Positions 41,363 through 53,989 of a DNA stretch of 64,000 nucleotides are shown one piece after another. The DNA is taken from NCBI GenBank assembly GCA_964234715.1, contig OZ174278.1; one strand, given 5' to 3'. Below the pieces are notes generated by a model. That model did not search any database. It had not been told where the DNA came from and saw only the letters and a program-made list of their open reading frames with translations. A program made the translations under genes and the position numbers. This DNA is from Podarcis melisellensis (Eukaryota). The stretch's first letter is position 1, and each line of letters starts with the position of its first letter.

Positions 41363-43041
41363 ATTTTTTATTTATTTAAAGTTAGTTTCCAGAAATTGCC
41401 ATGTGCCTGATGGCCACACGAATCACTTCTAAGTTGTGCTTCAGTGCTAGTGATGCTTTAAGTCATTCTCTCTCTCTCTCTCTGTCCTTGTTTGCTTCTA
41501 AACACAGAATCATAATTCCTTATTGTTACCGAATTGTTCTGAGGTAGATTTTATTGGTTTTACTGAACTGTAGCACTGTCTTAATTTTGTATATTATTTT
41601 ATATGTCACCTAGAGAAATATTTTAATTAGGTGATTAATCAATGGAATTAATTAATAAATTACTTATTTCACAATACTGCTGTAAGGATAAATACTGTAA
41701 TTTGGCACACTGAAACCAGTTTTGCTAATTAATTACAGATTTGTGTTGACAGAATGTGTGTGTCTTTCCAGATTGCAGTTATGTGGAAATTTATGTTGCC
41801 CTACAGTAAAATATGGGTTATACAAGTGTTTGCGATGGTATTCAACGCGTACAAAATAACCTTGACATTTAAGTCAAAAACAATGTTTTGTTTAAAATAG
41901 CATACTAGAAGAGACATAGTAAAAGTTCAAATACTGAAAAGTCTAAGGTTAAGTTTCTGCTTAAAGATAAGGTAACATCTCACTGCCTTGGGGCCATCCC
42001 AGAAGATTATATTTACAGAGACAGTCTGTCTCGCAAAGTATTGGCTACACCCATCCATGAATATAAAGACTCTGTAATGGGATTCAACTCTTGTTTGGTG
42101 AAGGCAGTAGGGACTTTATTCACAAGCTGTTTCCTTAAAGATTTATGGGAGAGGATCCTTTTAACATGATGGAAATGTACTGGTTTCTATGCAAGACTAG
42201 AAATATAAGCATCAGCATGTAAGATCCTGGTACCATCCAAAGTGATATTCCTATTCTGTAGGCAAATCTCAACTTCTTAAGTATTTTTTTTAAAAAACCT
42301 CAGGTGTTTTCCGGCAAATAGAGATGTATAATTGATTTGAATAGCAGATATCACTAGCAAAAGATCATATCCCAGTCAGTGATGGAAGAACAAGGCTGGG
42401 ACTATAATGTTCTTTATGGATAAAAAAAAAGCCACAGTTGTGTTTTGGGCTCTATAAATTTAAAAATTGAACCTGTATTTTGAATATTCAGTAATTAAAC
42501 CGTTCACCTGCAATTTTATCATGGAGACCAGGGGCCTTAGTTATCCTGAGCACTCTTTTAACTTCCTGAATTCTTTTTTATTAGTTTGCCTTTATATTTT
42601 TGTTTGAAGCTGACAAACTGTCTTTATCAGACTGGACTATTTTTAAGAACAATACAGTACATTCTATCACAGCTGAGCAATAGCACAGCTCTTTTCCTAT
42701 AGAACACCTGGCAGTAATTGTTCTGTACTGTCCATTGGTTTTCCATTGTAGGTCTCACTGGGTCACAAACAGACCACAGGCCTCTATGGTATTTTGTGAC
42801 AAATGGTGTTAAAAGAAGCCATGTGCTCATTATATTAGCTGTTGGAAATTTGTAAAAATGCTGACCCATAAGACTACATTCAGCAGAATATATCTGAATG
42901 GAAAAGATTCCCAATTCTCAAAAGATTCTCCTACACTCAACAACTAGAGCTGATGCCAACTAGCAATGTGAGGGTTTGAAAATATATATATATAGCGTGT
43001 GAATAGGACCTATTTCTGACGCTTGTGACTTCTATTCTTAG

Positions 43042-43267
43042 AAATCCAAAATATCAACTTATGAGAAAATGTGGGCATTCATGAGCAGCAGGCAGCAGAC
43101 AGCGCTGGTAAAGAACAATGACGAGGGAATCCAGCGTGTGCTCACCACCGACTATGCTCTGCTGATGGAATCAACTAGCATAGAATACGTCACTCAGAGG
43201 AACTGTAATCTCACCCAGATTGGAGGGCTCATTGATTCCAAAGGTTACGGCGTAGGAACTCCCATTG
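43042..43267 (+). CDS. GRIK1: GRIK1 exon (226 nt, S2): [33 protein letters not shown]...[11 protein letters not shown]
   Basis: TAG acceptor, GTAAG donor 43268; phase 0/1; MESTSIEY motif. Confidence 0.98.
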
Positions 43268-45281
43268 GTAAGAAGTGTATTAATATCAGTGGTGATTGCT
43301 AGACTGTGATAGGTAAATTAAAATCCTTTTTATCTGACACATTCACTGCTTTGCAAGAGCTCTGATAGGTCGAAAGAGTTCCAATGTTTTTCACAAATAT
43401 CTCCGAATAAGCCCCACAAGCTATTATTTTATATTCTTTTATATCCTCTTCTCATTTTAATAACGAGAAAAAACAAAGAGGCGTTCAAAATTGATGGAAC
43501 TTTCCTCCCGTAGAGGTTCAACTAAAACCCAGGCCTCAACAGCAGCAAGATCAATTGCATTGACCTGGTAGTTTCTAGCATTTCCTGCCCTATTTCCCTA
43601 CCAGCTATTTTTGCTTCCTCGGTTGTGCTTGCCTTCTTTAAGGCACCAAGGTGGGCTACTAGGGCAGCCAGGCTGGGGCCCTTTTCATCAGAAGAAGTTA
43701 TAGATGGAGATGGGTACTTTGAGGGGGACAGTTGCCCTTTCCTTTCCCCTTCTGTACTTTGAAAACATGCCTGGCACTCACCAGATAATTGTTCCTCAGT
43801 TTCCTTGGTCCTATAGAGGAAAGAGTAGATTTCATGTCAAGTGCAGGCCTCTCCTTGTAACATCTAGCAGTTTATTCTTCTCCAGATTCATAATATGCAG
43901 GCTGCTCTCAGAAAAAGCAAGAGTAAAGCCAGGCACAAGGCCTCTTAGGGAAAGCCCAGCAAGGCCCCAGTCATCTGGGTACATTGGACCACACCTAGCA
44001 CAACAATGGCATGTTTGGCATGAAAGGGAGTAATTATACTGGAAGTCTAGGGGAGCCCCCTGGGCCATGTTCTCCACGCATGTAGAGCTACAACCTTAAT
44101 ATGACTAATAAATACTTTCAATAATTTCAGTAAATTTGAACAATTGTGTCAGTTCATCATTCCAGTTTAATGCTGCTGATTTTTAATATTAGGATTCTAG
44201 ATTAGCTTTTAGGACTAGGTTTATCCAAGTTCTCTTAATTTGTAAAGTATTGTTGCATTTTGACTAATGTTTCAGACTGTATTTGAATTTCTTTGATGAC
44301 AGCAGTTGTCAACCACTACCCCCAGGAGAAAATGCAAAGGTTCCAAGATAATGATTGATTCACTGTAAAGATTTCAGGGCAGTGATAAAGATTCTATGCT
44401 TCAAGCCCAAAACAATGAAGGAATAAATTAGAACAGATGGTAGCTCCTTAGGGAGAACGTATGCATCAGAAATACAGCTGGGGGATGTAGTTATAAGAGG
44501 TTTCTTATATGATTAATATGAATTTAAAGAAAGATTTGGGAAGATATGTATGTGTTTATGGTGAAATCAATAATTTCAATGTCATCCATACAATTGAAAC
44601 AAACAAAAAAGTTAAAATATTTCATAAGCTACAATGCTCGCAAAGTCAACAAACTCAAATGTTTTCTTGCATTATTGCTCTGCAGTGTTGTTGAACTGCC
44701 AACAACAAAAAACAAATGCACACGATGACTGATGGGAAAGTCAGGTTTCTCCAGGATTTACAGACATCTGACAACTTTGTCAGCCTTGCCACTATCAGGT
44801 GGTGTTGGTTATAGGAAGGGATAGAAAAGTTTGTTTTGTCCAAATGTTAGGAAAATATTCTTCTACATAGATGGAACGGTTAGAAAACCAAAACTCCAAG
44901 GTACTTCCTACATTAATAATATACATGTTTCAGGATTGAACTCTTAACACTGAGAACTTTATCTGTGATTGAGGCATGGTCAGTGCTGGATAAATTAAAG
45001 GTTCAGGTGTCTGGCTGTAATATTACTTTCCGATTGGATAAAGAGCAGTGTTATCCAACGAACATAAAACTGGATCTGAGGTCAAAGTCCTACTAAGCCA
45101 TGGGATCAATGGCTGAACAAAGAAATCACCAAGATTCAAAAATATTAAAAAGAACTATTGCCCATTCTGTGTGGTATAACAAGCAATATGAATAACCAGC
45201 GTAAGTAACATTGTTAAAAAGTCCAGTTCTGGATGCCTTGAATGCACATTGTATATTTTAGTGCTCTTGATAATGTCAACT

Positions 45282-45310
45282 TACTACTACTACTACTGCT
45301 GCTGCTGCTA
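45282..45310. repeat. (TAC)n(TGC)n microsatellite
   Basis: tactactactactactgctgctgctgcta about 100 nt upstream of the M4 exon. Confidence 0.9.
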
Positions 45311-45412
45311 TACAAAGAGCTGGATCAGACTGATAACTCTACTTTTGCCTGTGCTCTTGCCTGAATGTCATATTCAATCCTTCTTGTTTTGCTTCCCTCC
45401 CACCCTGCCCAG

Positions 45413-45663
45413 GCTCTCCTTACAGAGACAAAATCACTATTGCCATTCTCCAGCTACAGGAGGAAGGAAAGCTGCACATGATGAAGGAGAAGTGGTGGCG
45501 AGGCAATGGTTGCCCTGAGGAGGACAGCAAAGAAGCCAGTGCCCTTGGTGTGGAGAACATTGGGGGCATCTTCATAGTGCTTGCAGCAGGACTTGTTCTT
45601 TCTGTGTTTGTAGCTATTGGAGAATTTATTTACAAATCGAGGAAAAACAGTGACATCGAACAG
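45413..45663 (+). CDS. GRIK1: GRIK1 exon (251 nt, S2 end and M4): [29 protein letters not shown]...[11 protein letters not shown]
   Basis: C-rich tract + CAG acceptor, GTAGGT donor 45664; phase 1/0; M4 [23 protein letters not shown]. Confidence 0.98.
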
Positions 45664-48056
45664 GTAGGTAGAGTTTGAGTGAGTCTGTGTGGTACAAAAA
45701 TGTGTTTGCGTGTGGTTTGAGATTGGGAGACTGAACCCCAAAACTGCTCCCTCTCCATAGATTCCAAAGGACTATCGTTGTATACAGGGTCATTTGCCAG
45801 CAGCAGCTGTCAAGGTTATGTTGTGACCTGGCAATACAGTACTTGCCGAGAGTCTATCTCGGCCTCTTTCTGCATAACTGCTTCATTGCAAGGCAGAATG
45901 CAGCGCTTATGCTACCTACCTAAGAAGCAGGTCAAGACCCAGGTTAGGTTTTTGCAGGCTTTGGCATTTCAGTGCAAGAGCTCCCATGGGAATCTCAGCT
46001 TTAGAATAGGCTCTATGAGTCAGACTCCTCCACTAACAGTCTGCCAGACTTTCTGGCACTGCCTTGTGTACATTTGTTAATGAGGAAAGGGAAGTACCAA
46101 GGGCTCCATCCAATTTTTGATACTTGGCAAAACTGTGCAGAACTTTTTGGCACAGTTAATATTGCACACAGTTGTTGTTTTATTGTCGGAAATCAAGCAT
46201 AGGCTGGCTTGGAAGGAAATAAGGCAGAAATATCTAGCTCTGGATGTAGCCTTGCTGTATTTCCAGCTGGAAATGTATGTACCAGTTGATTTGGGACATC
46301 CTATAATGAAACCAAAGCAGATGATCGAGAGCTAAATTCCCAACACTAGTACAAGAGAACAGTGCCTTGGCACCTGCTCCTCAAACAGAGAGGTTACAAC
46401 GTCTCTATGAGGTTCAGAGGTGTTGCTGACATGCCCATCATAAAAGCTGCCAGAGTGGCTTCAATTCATTACTTCCGGAAAAGCCGTGGCCGATCCTGAG
46501 ATTATAGCATGGGCGTTTCCTTTGCTATGCAGCAACAGAGAGCTTTCCAGCTCTGCTCGAATAATGCAGGAGGCTGCTGCAGCCACTGTGGCTTGAGGCT
46601 CTGCATGTCTGAACCACTATGGATAGGATCAGCCTGCTATTTTGAAATCTATATTTATAACCCTACCTTTGGAACATTTTTACCTTAAAATTAGCAAATA
46701 ATGCATGGCGAGTTGCCTGATAGATGGTTGCTTTGTTATTAGAGCAACTATATAATACAGTAAAGGTCAGTTGCTTCTATGCAAATCCTGTTAAAATGAC
46801 TGGGGACTGCACAAGAACAGTGTTTGCTGGGTGGCATCTGTTTTCTACAGTCTTGAAGCCAGTAAGAAACAACACATTCATTTCTGTGAAACTGATAAAT
46901 TCCTCCTATGTACAGATCAGCATTCTGTGCATCACAAGAGGAGAATTCTGACATAATACATATATATTATGTAAAATCATCTCAGTGTACGGCAGAAACT
47001 TGTAAAGAGCAGGGATGGATGAGCAGTTGCCCCTATTTTGTTTATCATTATGCAGGTTGGTAGGTTCTGCCTTGTATACTGTAATGTCTGCCTTAAAATT
47101 TACCTTGAAAAATTTAGAAAATTAATGTTGGCATAACTTTCTTCTTTGTTTTCATTATGAGATTATGTGTAAATGTTAATTGTCATCAGGATTCCTTTTT
47201 GTGCTCTGATTTAACCAATGTACACAGGCTAATCTTATCAAGATTCCTTTTTGCATGGTGTCAGCAGAATTTTTTGGGGGGTGGAAGTACAATACGGCAT
47301 CAAACTCTCTGCATGTGCAGAAGTTTGAGAAGTCAGAGAATCAAACCCAGAAAAATGGTGGATTGGTAACACATCACTGCCGCTCAGAACCCCAAAATCT
47401 CAGAAGAAATCTCATATGCATCCCTGGTGAATGGTAATATGGGTATTATTCTGCTCTTCTATCATTATTCAGTGAAACAATTAAGAGAACTGTGAAGGGT
47501 AAAGCATTCATACAGATTGCTTGGTTCTTGAAAATATGAACATTAATAATCTAAAGTACAAATATACATGATCTCCAAAGGTTAACTTATGGCACCTCCA
47601 GACTGCCACTATTTTGCGGCAGGAATTCAAGCACACACTGGACGTTTAGGTTTGCTTAATGAAGCATGGATTAAAGGGCTCTTTCACCCTAGCACCACAA
47701 ATGCATTTTTAAATGACTTTTTGCTGTTTGGAAAGATATAGGAAAATACAGTGAAAAGTATGGAATGAACAAACAGGAAGACATACAAACACCCTACAAG
47801 CAAATCAGGATAAATGCTCAGTAAAGACAATATATAATCAATCCTCCACATAAGCTTTGTGCAAGAAAATCTTGATGAATGCTCAGTAAACAGGTTGTCT
47901 GGAGGGGCCATTAATTTTTCGTTTTTTTGACAGTTTTCATTTCCCATTTCCTACAGTTTTGGTATCATTCTTATTTTAAACTTTGTTGTTGGTTTGCTTA
48001 ACCATTATTATCTTTATTTTTCTTTTTTCCATCTTTTCCTTTCTGCATGCGAAAAG

Positions 48057-48206
48057 GCCTTTTGTTTCTTTTATGGACTGCAGTGCAAGCAAACACATCC
48101 ATCCAACTCCACTTCTGGGACTACCTTATCTACGGAGTTAGACTGTGGCAAATTAATTCGGGAGGAACGAGGGATTCGAACACAACCCTCAATCCATACT
48201 GTATAG
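48057..48206 (+). CDS. GRIK1: GRIK1 alternative last exon, GluK1d-type tail: AFCFFYGLQCKQTHPSNSTSGTTLSTELDCGKLIREERGIRTQPSIHTV*
   Basis: Long U-rich tract + AAG acceptor, phase 0, 49 codons then TAG; closely matches the recalled human GluK1d C-terminus (AFCFFYGLQCKQTHPTNSTSGTTLSTDLECGKLIREERGIRKQSSVHTV). Confidence 0.92.
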   Translation, partial: AFCFFYGLQCKQTHPSNSTSGTTLSTELDCGKLIREERGIRTQPSIHTV

Positions 48207-48857
48207 TTACAGTAAAGCAAAGGTGTGTGCACCTAAGGCATACCTCTTCAACAATGTACATTAGCAGGAAACCATATTTTGGCTGGAATCCAAAGAAGAA
48301 CGTGGTGGGTTGTGTTCAACACAGCACTAAGCTAAGTCAGCACAAGGATTTCTTCTTCCACAGTAGAACTTTCTCTCCCTCTCCTCCCCACAGCCCCTCT
48401 CTAAATCTCTTCTAGGTTTCCCCAAAAAACCTCTGAAGCAGATTTGAGGGCAGAATGTTGGGGAGGGGGGGGTCCCCTTTACTCTTGCTAATCCTTCTGC
48501 CAGCACAACTATTCAGTTGAATACTACCCACTGTGTTAAAGTCAGTTCTGGGCTAGAGTTTCTTATAGTACCCCACCTGTCAAATAGCTAATGGCTTTTG
48601 AAAGTGAGAGGACTTTCAAAAGCAGGTTGTGGTATGTTATCAGGAGCTGCTTTTCAAAGATTAAAAAAATCCTACTAGGCATACCTACCACTTGAGTGTC
48701 TAAAATACTTTAAAGCTTTTTCTACCAAGGCTTTATGTTCAAACTGTTGGATGACTCTCCAGTCATCCTGAGAATTGGTATAGTTAAAAATGAATTCTAA
48801 ATGCCACATCACAGTGTAACAGAATGTTATAATTAATAACTGTTGTTTGGTAAAATA

Positions 48858-49079
48858 CAGTGGTACCTCTGGTTACAAACTTAATTCCTTCCGGAGGTCC
48901 GTTCTTAGCCCGAAACCATTCTTAACCTGAGGTACCACTTTATCTAATGGGGCCTCCTGCTGCCGCAACACCGCACAATTTCTGTTCTCATCCTGAGTTA
49001 AAGTTCTTAACCCAGGTTAGAGGAGTCTGTAACCCGAAGTGTTTGTAACCTGAGGTGTTTGTAACCTGAGGTACCACTC
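48858..49079. mobile_element. Tigger-like MITE, same family as 31739, opposite orientation
   Basis: TA-CAGTGGTACCTCTGGTTAC...GTAACCTGAGGTACCACTC-TA; body is the reverse complement of 31739-31964. Confidence 0.9.
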
Positions 49080-49347
49080 TACAAGATACATTGGAAAGGG
49101 CTCCTACACATCAGATGTAATCCCTATCCACAATGCATTGGTTTGGAGCAGGCCAGCATTCTCATTTGTATAACAATGTGGAAGGAAACATACATCCCTA
49201 TCCATTCTCTTTTATGAGGATGTTAATTCCTATCTACCTTGCAAGGTCTGTTGTCTTGGATCACTCCACCAGTAATGTGCTTTGCTGCTTACATCTGTTT
49301 TTGGATTGGGGTCAATAAATTTTTACCATTCTCTTTGCATGATTCAG

Positions 49348-49356
49348 CATTTTCAG
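49348..49356 (+). CDS. GRIK1: Candidate 9-nt GRIK1 microexon (CAT TTT CAG = HFQ)
   Basis: ttttaccattctctttgcatgattcAG|CATTTTCAG|GTAAGA: pyrimidine tract with UGC/UGCAUG, consensus donor, phase 0/0, located in the intron where GluK1 C-terminal variants are generated. Confidence 0.55.
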
Positions 49357-52300
49357 GTAAGACAAATTTGTTTGCATTCTATCCTGGCAGAACTAATTAG
49401 AGTACCAGCATCTGAAACCAAGGGTTTTAGATAATAAGTTTTACCCTGCACTAAAAGCCAGTGCTGTTCTTTCTTATCCAGCCATAAGCTTTCAGGTGCC
49501 TGTTGACTTCTGAGAACTACCGCACAGATACAGACAGTTCCATTCTTCGCTGACAGCTTTGTGTCAAGATTTTGAAAAAATCGTATATTTCTAACTAAAA
49601 TCCAATTGATAGAACTTACCAAATAAATTGCAGTATTTATATGTCATTAAATATCTAGACTTCACAAGCCAGTAATGAATCCGATTTCCAAATTACTCTA
49701 GTATAGCATCATAATCTGATAACACTGTCCATTTGCATATCACTTCAATTAGTTAGCCTTACTTGTGCTTCATTGTGTTGTATTTTCCAAATACAATTAT
49801 GAGAATGTTATGGGCAAAATGCATTGCTGTCTTTCAAAGTCATAAATACACTCAATCCAGTTGGGGCCATTACATGTGTGAAAGCATGCTTCCATGCATT
49901 TAGAATGGGAAACTGCTTGCACCAGCTGTTTCCCTTCCCTGATCCAGCATCTGGAACTGTGTTTACAGAGCCCATTTTTTAAAACTGAAATCTCATCTAT
50001 TATCTGTACTATGGCCAGTGTAAATATTGTAGAGTTGTAGTCAACAAAGTTTTACTCAGAGTAGACTCACTGAAATGAATGGACATGATTGTGTTTGAGC
50101 CACTCCTTTCAATGCATCTACTCGAGTAAATATCACTCATAATTTGTCTCTCTCCACCCCCTTAAAATTTTCCATTTTTCACAGTTGACAATGTTTGCAG
50201 TAGGTCCAGGACTTATTGGGAACCCACTAAGGACAAAGATTTCAAAACCCACTAAAGGCAACTTGTTCAACTTCAAAACTGCTCACATACTTACACCCCA
50301 GTTATCATTACTTCTACTTCAGAGCTAAACTGATTTGAGTGGAAAGTTATTGTGATCAGAATTGTTACCTTAGACATCAATAAAACTTTTAGTTTAAAAT
50401 AAGATTCTAGGAACGAAACAGTGTCATCAGTTGTCTACTTCAAATTATGGTCCTAAATGCTCACCCCCTTTATTTACACAACATTGCACTTTTCTCCTCT
50501 TATGTAACCTTCAGTTTGGCTCAAGGCAGCAGAATAATATTTAATTTAATTTAATGCAATACTTTTATGAATTCTGCTTCCAATTTATGCCATCGCCAGT
50601 TGATCAACATTTCTATATTTCTATACTCCCCTTGATTTCCATGTTCTGTAAGCTAACTAAACCATGGCTACAAGCTGCGTATCAATGACTCACTGTTTTC
50701 TCTTGTATTCACTTTACCTTTGTATCTTGTTTATAAATTCCATGTTATAAAAAGGAATCTTGGCAAAGGAAAGAAAACAAGTCAATGGACATGTTGGATG
50801 TATTTCTGACAGGCATGCAACTTGCACATGGGGTTTGCATTCAGCTCCTGTGTAATCAATCTGGCACCAGACCAGGCAGCCCATTAGCCTGGCTTTGCCC
50901 TTGCACATTTCTATATACTACATGGATTTTCAATATAAATGGTACCAGAGCGACACAGCCATTTGCTGACACATGCACAACAGCCTTTTCCCACATACAA
51001 CTCATGATCTCTAGATTATAGCAGATGTGTCTTTTCTACTATTTATAGCCACAGACACTGCTCATTGGCTGCTTTTAAAACAAAACAGAAACTCTGATTT
51101 ATCCAATTAAGATAAATTTTTAATTATTTGAGCATATTACTGAAACTCTTGCTACCTTTCCTTCTCCATTTTCCTTACAATTCTGGCATAGAGCATTACA
51201 GATGTACTCCATTCCCCCCCCCCCCCGTTCCCACATGACCAGAATAATTTCTACAATGGATATTTTGTGGCCCTTCAGTTGGCCCAGTCAGCATGTCCAA
51301 GTGTCAGAGATTATAGGATGTTGTAGTCTAGCAACATCAGCAGGCCCTAAGAGTGGCCACTCCTGCTCTAAGCTTTTGGATTTATTTTTAAATCCTTCCT
51401 TTCCTGAATAGCAAACACTAATTAAACATTTTGAGATACCTTACACTGGCTAGCAGCAGCTTTTGAGGATTTCAGATAAGTTTCAATGAGCTGTGGTTTT
51501 TCACCACAAGCAATAATTTCTGTTGTCCATCTGTCCATGCATGACATAGACTAGAATTAAAAGAAAAACACCACTTCCAACATAGCAATCTTCACAATCA
51601 TCTTCTTTGTTTTTAAACAAAGGAACTACAAACTCCCATTTCAGTGTAGTATATGGGAAGGGAAAGAATGAAATCTCTGTTGGCTGCCTACAAGTCTTCC
51701 TACATACCTCAACAGGCTCAGTGAATAATAGCTCGAGTCCTTTCCAGTTTCTTTCTTGCAATTTAGTCTCTTTGTTACAAAAGAACAATTGATTGCAATT
51801 CTTGAGACGAAAAACAAAAAAATTGTACATGGGTTTGAGAACTCAACTTCTGGTATTGGCACTTAGCTATATAATCTGGGTACCCACAAATGTTTATTAC
51901 TGTTAACCTATTTCTTTGTTACTTCTCACCACTACAGTGATATGTTGCTGCTTAAAATGTTCCTGTTTAAACTGTTCAAGCATGAAACTTATCTAAGAAG
52001 TTCTAGTCACTCTTTGAAAAAAAGAAAACAAGCATTGGTCTTGCTCCCTACAAACTTAAACAGGAAAATAAAGCTTTGGAAAAGCCTTTCGCTATTGCAT
52101 TTTGGTCATGCTGAAAAAAGCATGAAAAAAGTTCAACACAATAGACAGAATTTTGGCTACATTTTCTGGTACAAAATCAGTAAGGGGCAAAATGACAATG
52201 AGGTAGAGCAGGTGGTGGGCAGTCTAATGAGCAACCAAAATAAGACTAAGTACTTGGGTGTAAGCTGATTTTGTTCTGTTGAAGTCCATGGCAATAAACT

Positions 52301-53272
52301 AGCTAAAATCCCAAAACTTGGATTTTGATCAGTATGTGCAAGTTTAGCCCAAAAATTTGTACTTAGCTGAGGTACCAATCCTAGCTTCACTGCTGCCTCC
52401 CTTTGTCAGTTATTCAGAGGAGACTTCAAGGGTGGGAGAGTTCACTCATTGTGCTGGTGGCAAGAGTGAGAGGGGTATTTCCTTGCATTGCCTAGGCAAT
52501 GTTGTGTTGCTTCCCTCTCTTCTTTCACTCAACTGAACCTGGTGAGTCACTGCAGCACAGCAAAGGAAAATAGCAAAATTCATCTGGTTGCCTAATCAAT
52601 GTGGGCATGCTTCCCTTTCTTCCAGTCCTTTAATGGGGCTCACTTCTCTTGTGGGGTCAAAGTTTGCAAACCGCTGCAGAATAACAAATTAAACGCATGG
52701 TTCAGGGTTTTCAGAAACCCACCACAGCACAAGCACCATTTTGCTCCAAAGTATTGATTTTGTAATATTTTGGCTCAGTGGTATTTAGATAAAAATGTAT
52801 GCTGATTAATAGTTTATTTTTTTCAACTGGTAAGGCTTTGCAGTAGGATGCAAGTTAGAAGTCTGCTAAATCAACAAATCTTGGTTATCTTCATTTAGAT
52901 TTTTAAGGGGCAACATGAATTCCATCTGAGGCTGGATATTATTAAATATGTGATTCTATTCTTTTGCAACCCTTATTTCTGTGTAATGCCAATTAGCCAG
53001 ATTCCCAGCATTGGGACATACACATTTCAATAAAGAAGCAACCAATATTTACAATTTCTGGGGTCATAAAGAATCCTTTACACATCACACCCCTAATTCA
53101 ATTCTGCAAATTCACAGCAATAGTGGAAGAAATCTAACTCAATGAACTGAGATATTCAAACTTCCCAGTTAGTATGTTGAGAATCTAGTTGAAAATTAAT
53201 TGTGCAAAATAGGGTGACAATCTGTGCTAAATGTAATTCTTAATTATTTTTTCATCTCCCACCTTCTACTAG

Positions 53273-53428
53273 TGTCTTTCTTTCAATGCCATAATGGAGG
53301 AACTTGGAATTTCACTCAAACACCAGAAGAAATTAAAGAAAAGGACAAGAACTAAAGGGCGGTCGTCATTCACAAGTATCCTTACTTGTCATCAGAGGCG
53401 GACGCTGAGAAAAGAAACCATGGCTTGA
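53273..53428 (+). CDS. GRIK1: GRIK1 last coding exon, GluK1b-type tail: CLSFNAIMEELGISLKHQKKLKKRTRTKGRSSFTSILTCHQRRTLRKETMA*
   Basis: Pyrimidine tract + TAG acceptor, phase 0, 51 codons then TGA; matches mammalian GluK1b C-terminus with PDZ-ligand end; not in ORF track. Confidence 0.96.
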   Translation, partial: CLSFNAIMEELGISLKHQKKLKKRTRTKGRSSFTSILTCHQRRTLRKETMA

Positions 53429-53735
53429 ATGAGTTCAACTTTCCCCATGGAAGAGGTCTTGAGTAAAAGGCAAAGCAAAAAAACTTTTTATGCCTACCAG
53501 ACAATTGTATGGAGGGATTTTTAAAAAGAGACAGCTTACATCTCAGAAATTCAGTGTGATTTCCCCTTTTTTAATCTTGAGGCGGTACAGCAGTATCAGA
53601 ACTCACATAAGACTGATGTACTACAAATCACCCAGGAAACGTCTTGCTTTTACTTTTGAAATGATTTGTACGGTCACCTATTTTGCATCTCTCTCTACTA
53701 CTTCCCCATTCATTGCTGTATGTGCTTTCTAAATG

Positions 53736-53741
53736 AATAAA
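53736..53741 (+). terminator. Probable polyadenylation signal (AATAAA) of the GluK1b transcript
   Basis: First AATAAA ~310 nt after the TGA, preceded by TGTA and followed by U-rich sequence. Confidence 0.6.
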
Positions 53742-53989
53742 AACAGGGATTTTTCAGTATGGAATTATTCTTTCACTTCCTCATCAGAAGTCACCTGACA
53801 TTTTCTTCTTCAGCATGATCACATTGAACTCAGGAAGCTGCCAGACAATGAAGGTCAAACCGCCCTGAAACCTTCAGGTACAGGACAGTATAGAAATTAA
53901 ATAAATAATAATAAATAATAATACATAATCACTTAATAATGCAACAGACTGCTTTATATCTTGTTTTTCCTTAAATTATTATATATAGA

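Noticed and set aside
45664-45678. Read-through of the M4 exon into the intron giving VGRV*
   Set aside because: A short in-frame stop is expected by chance and the donor is normal; no evidence of retention.
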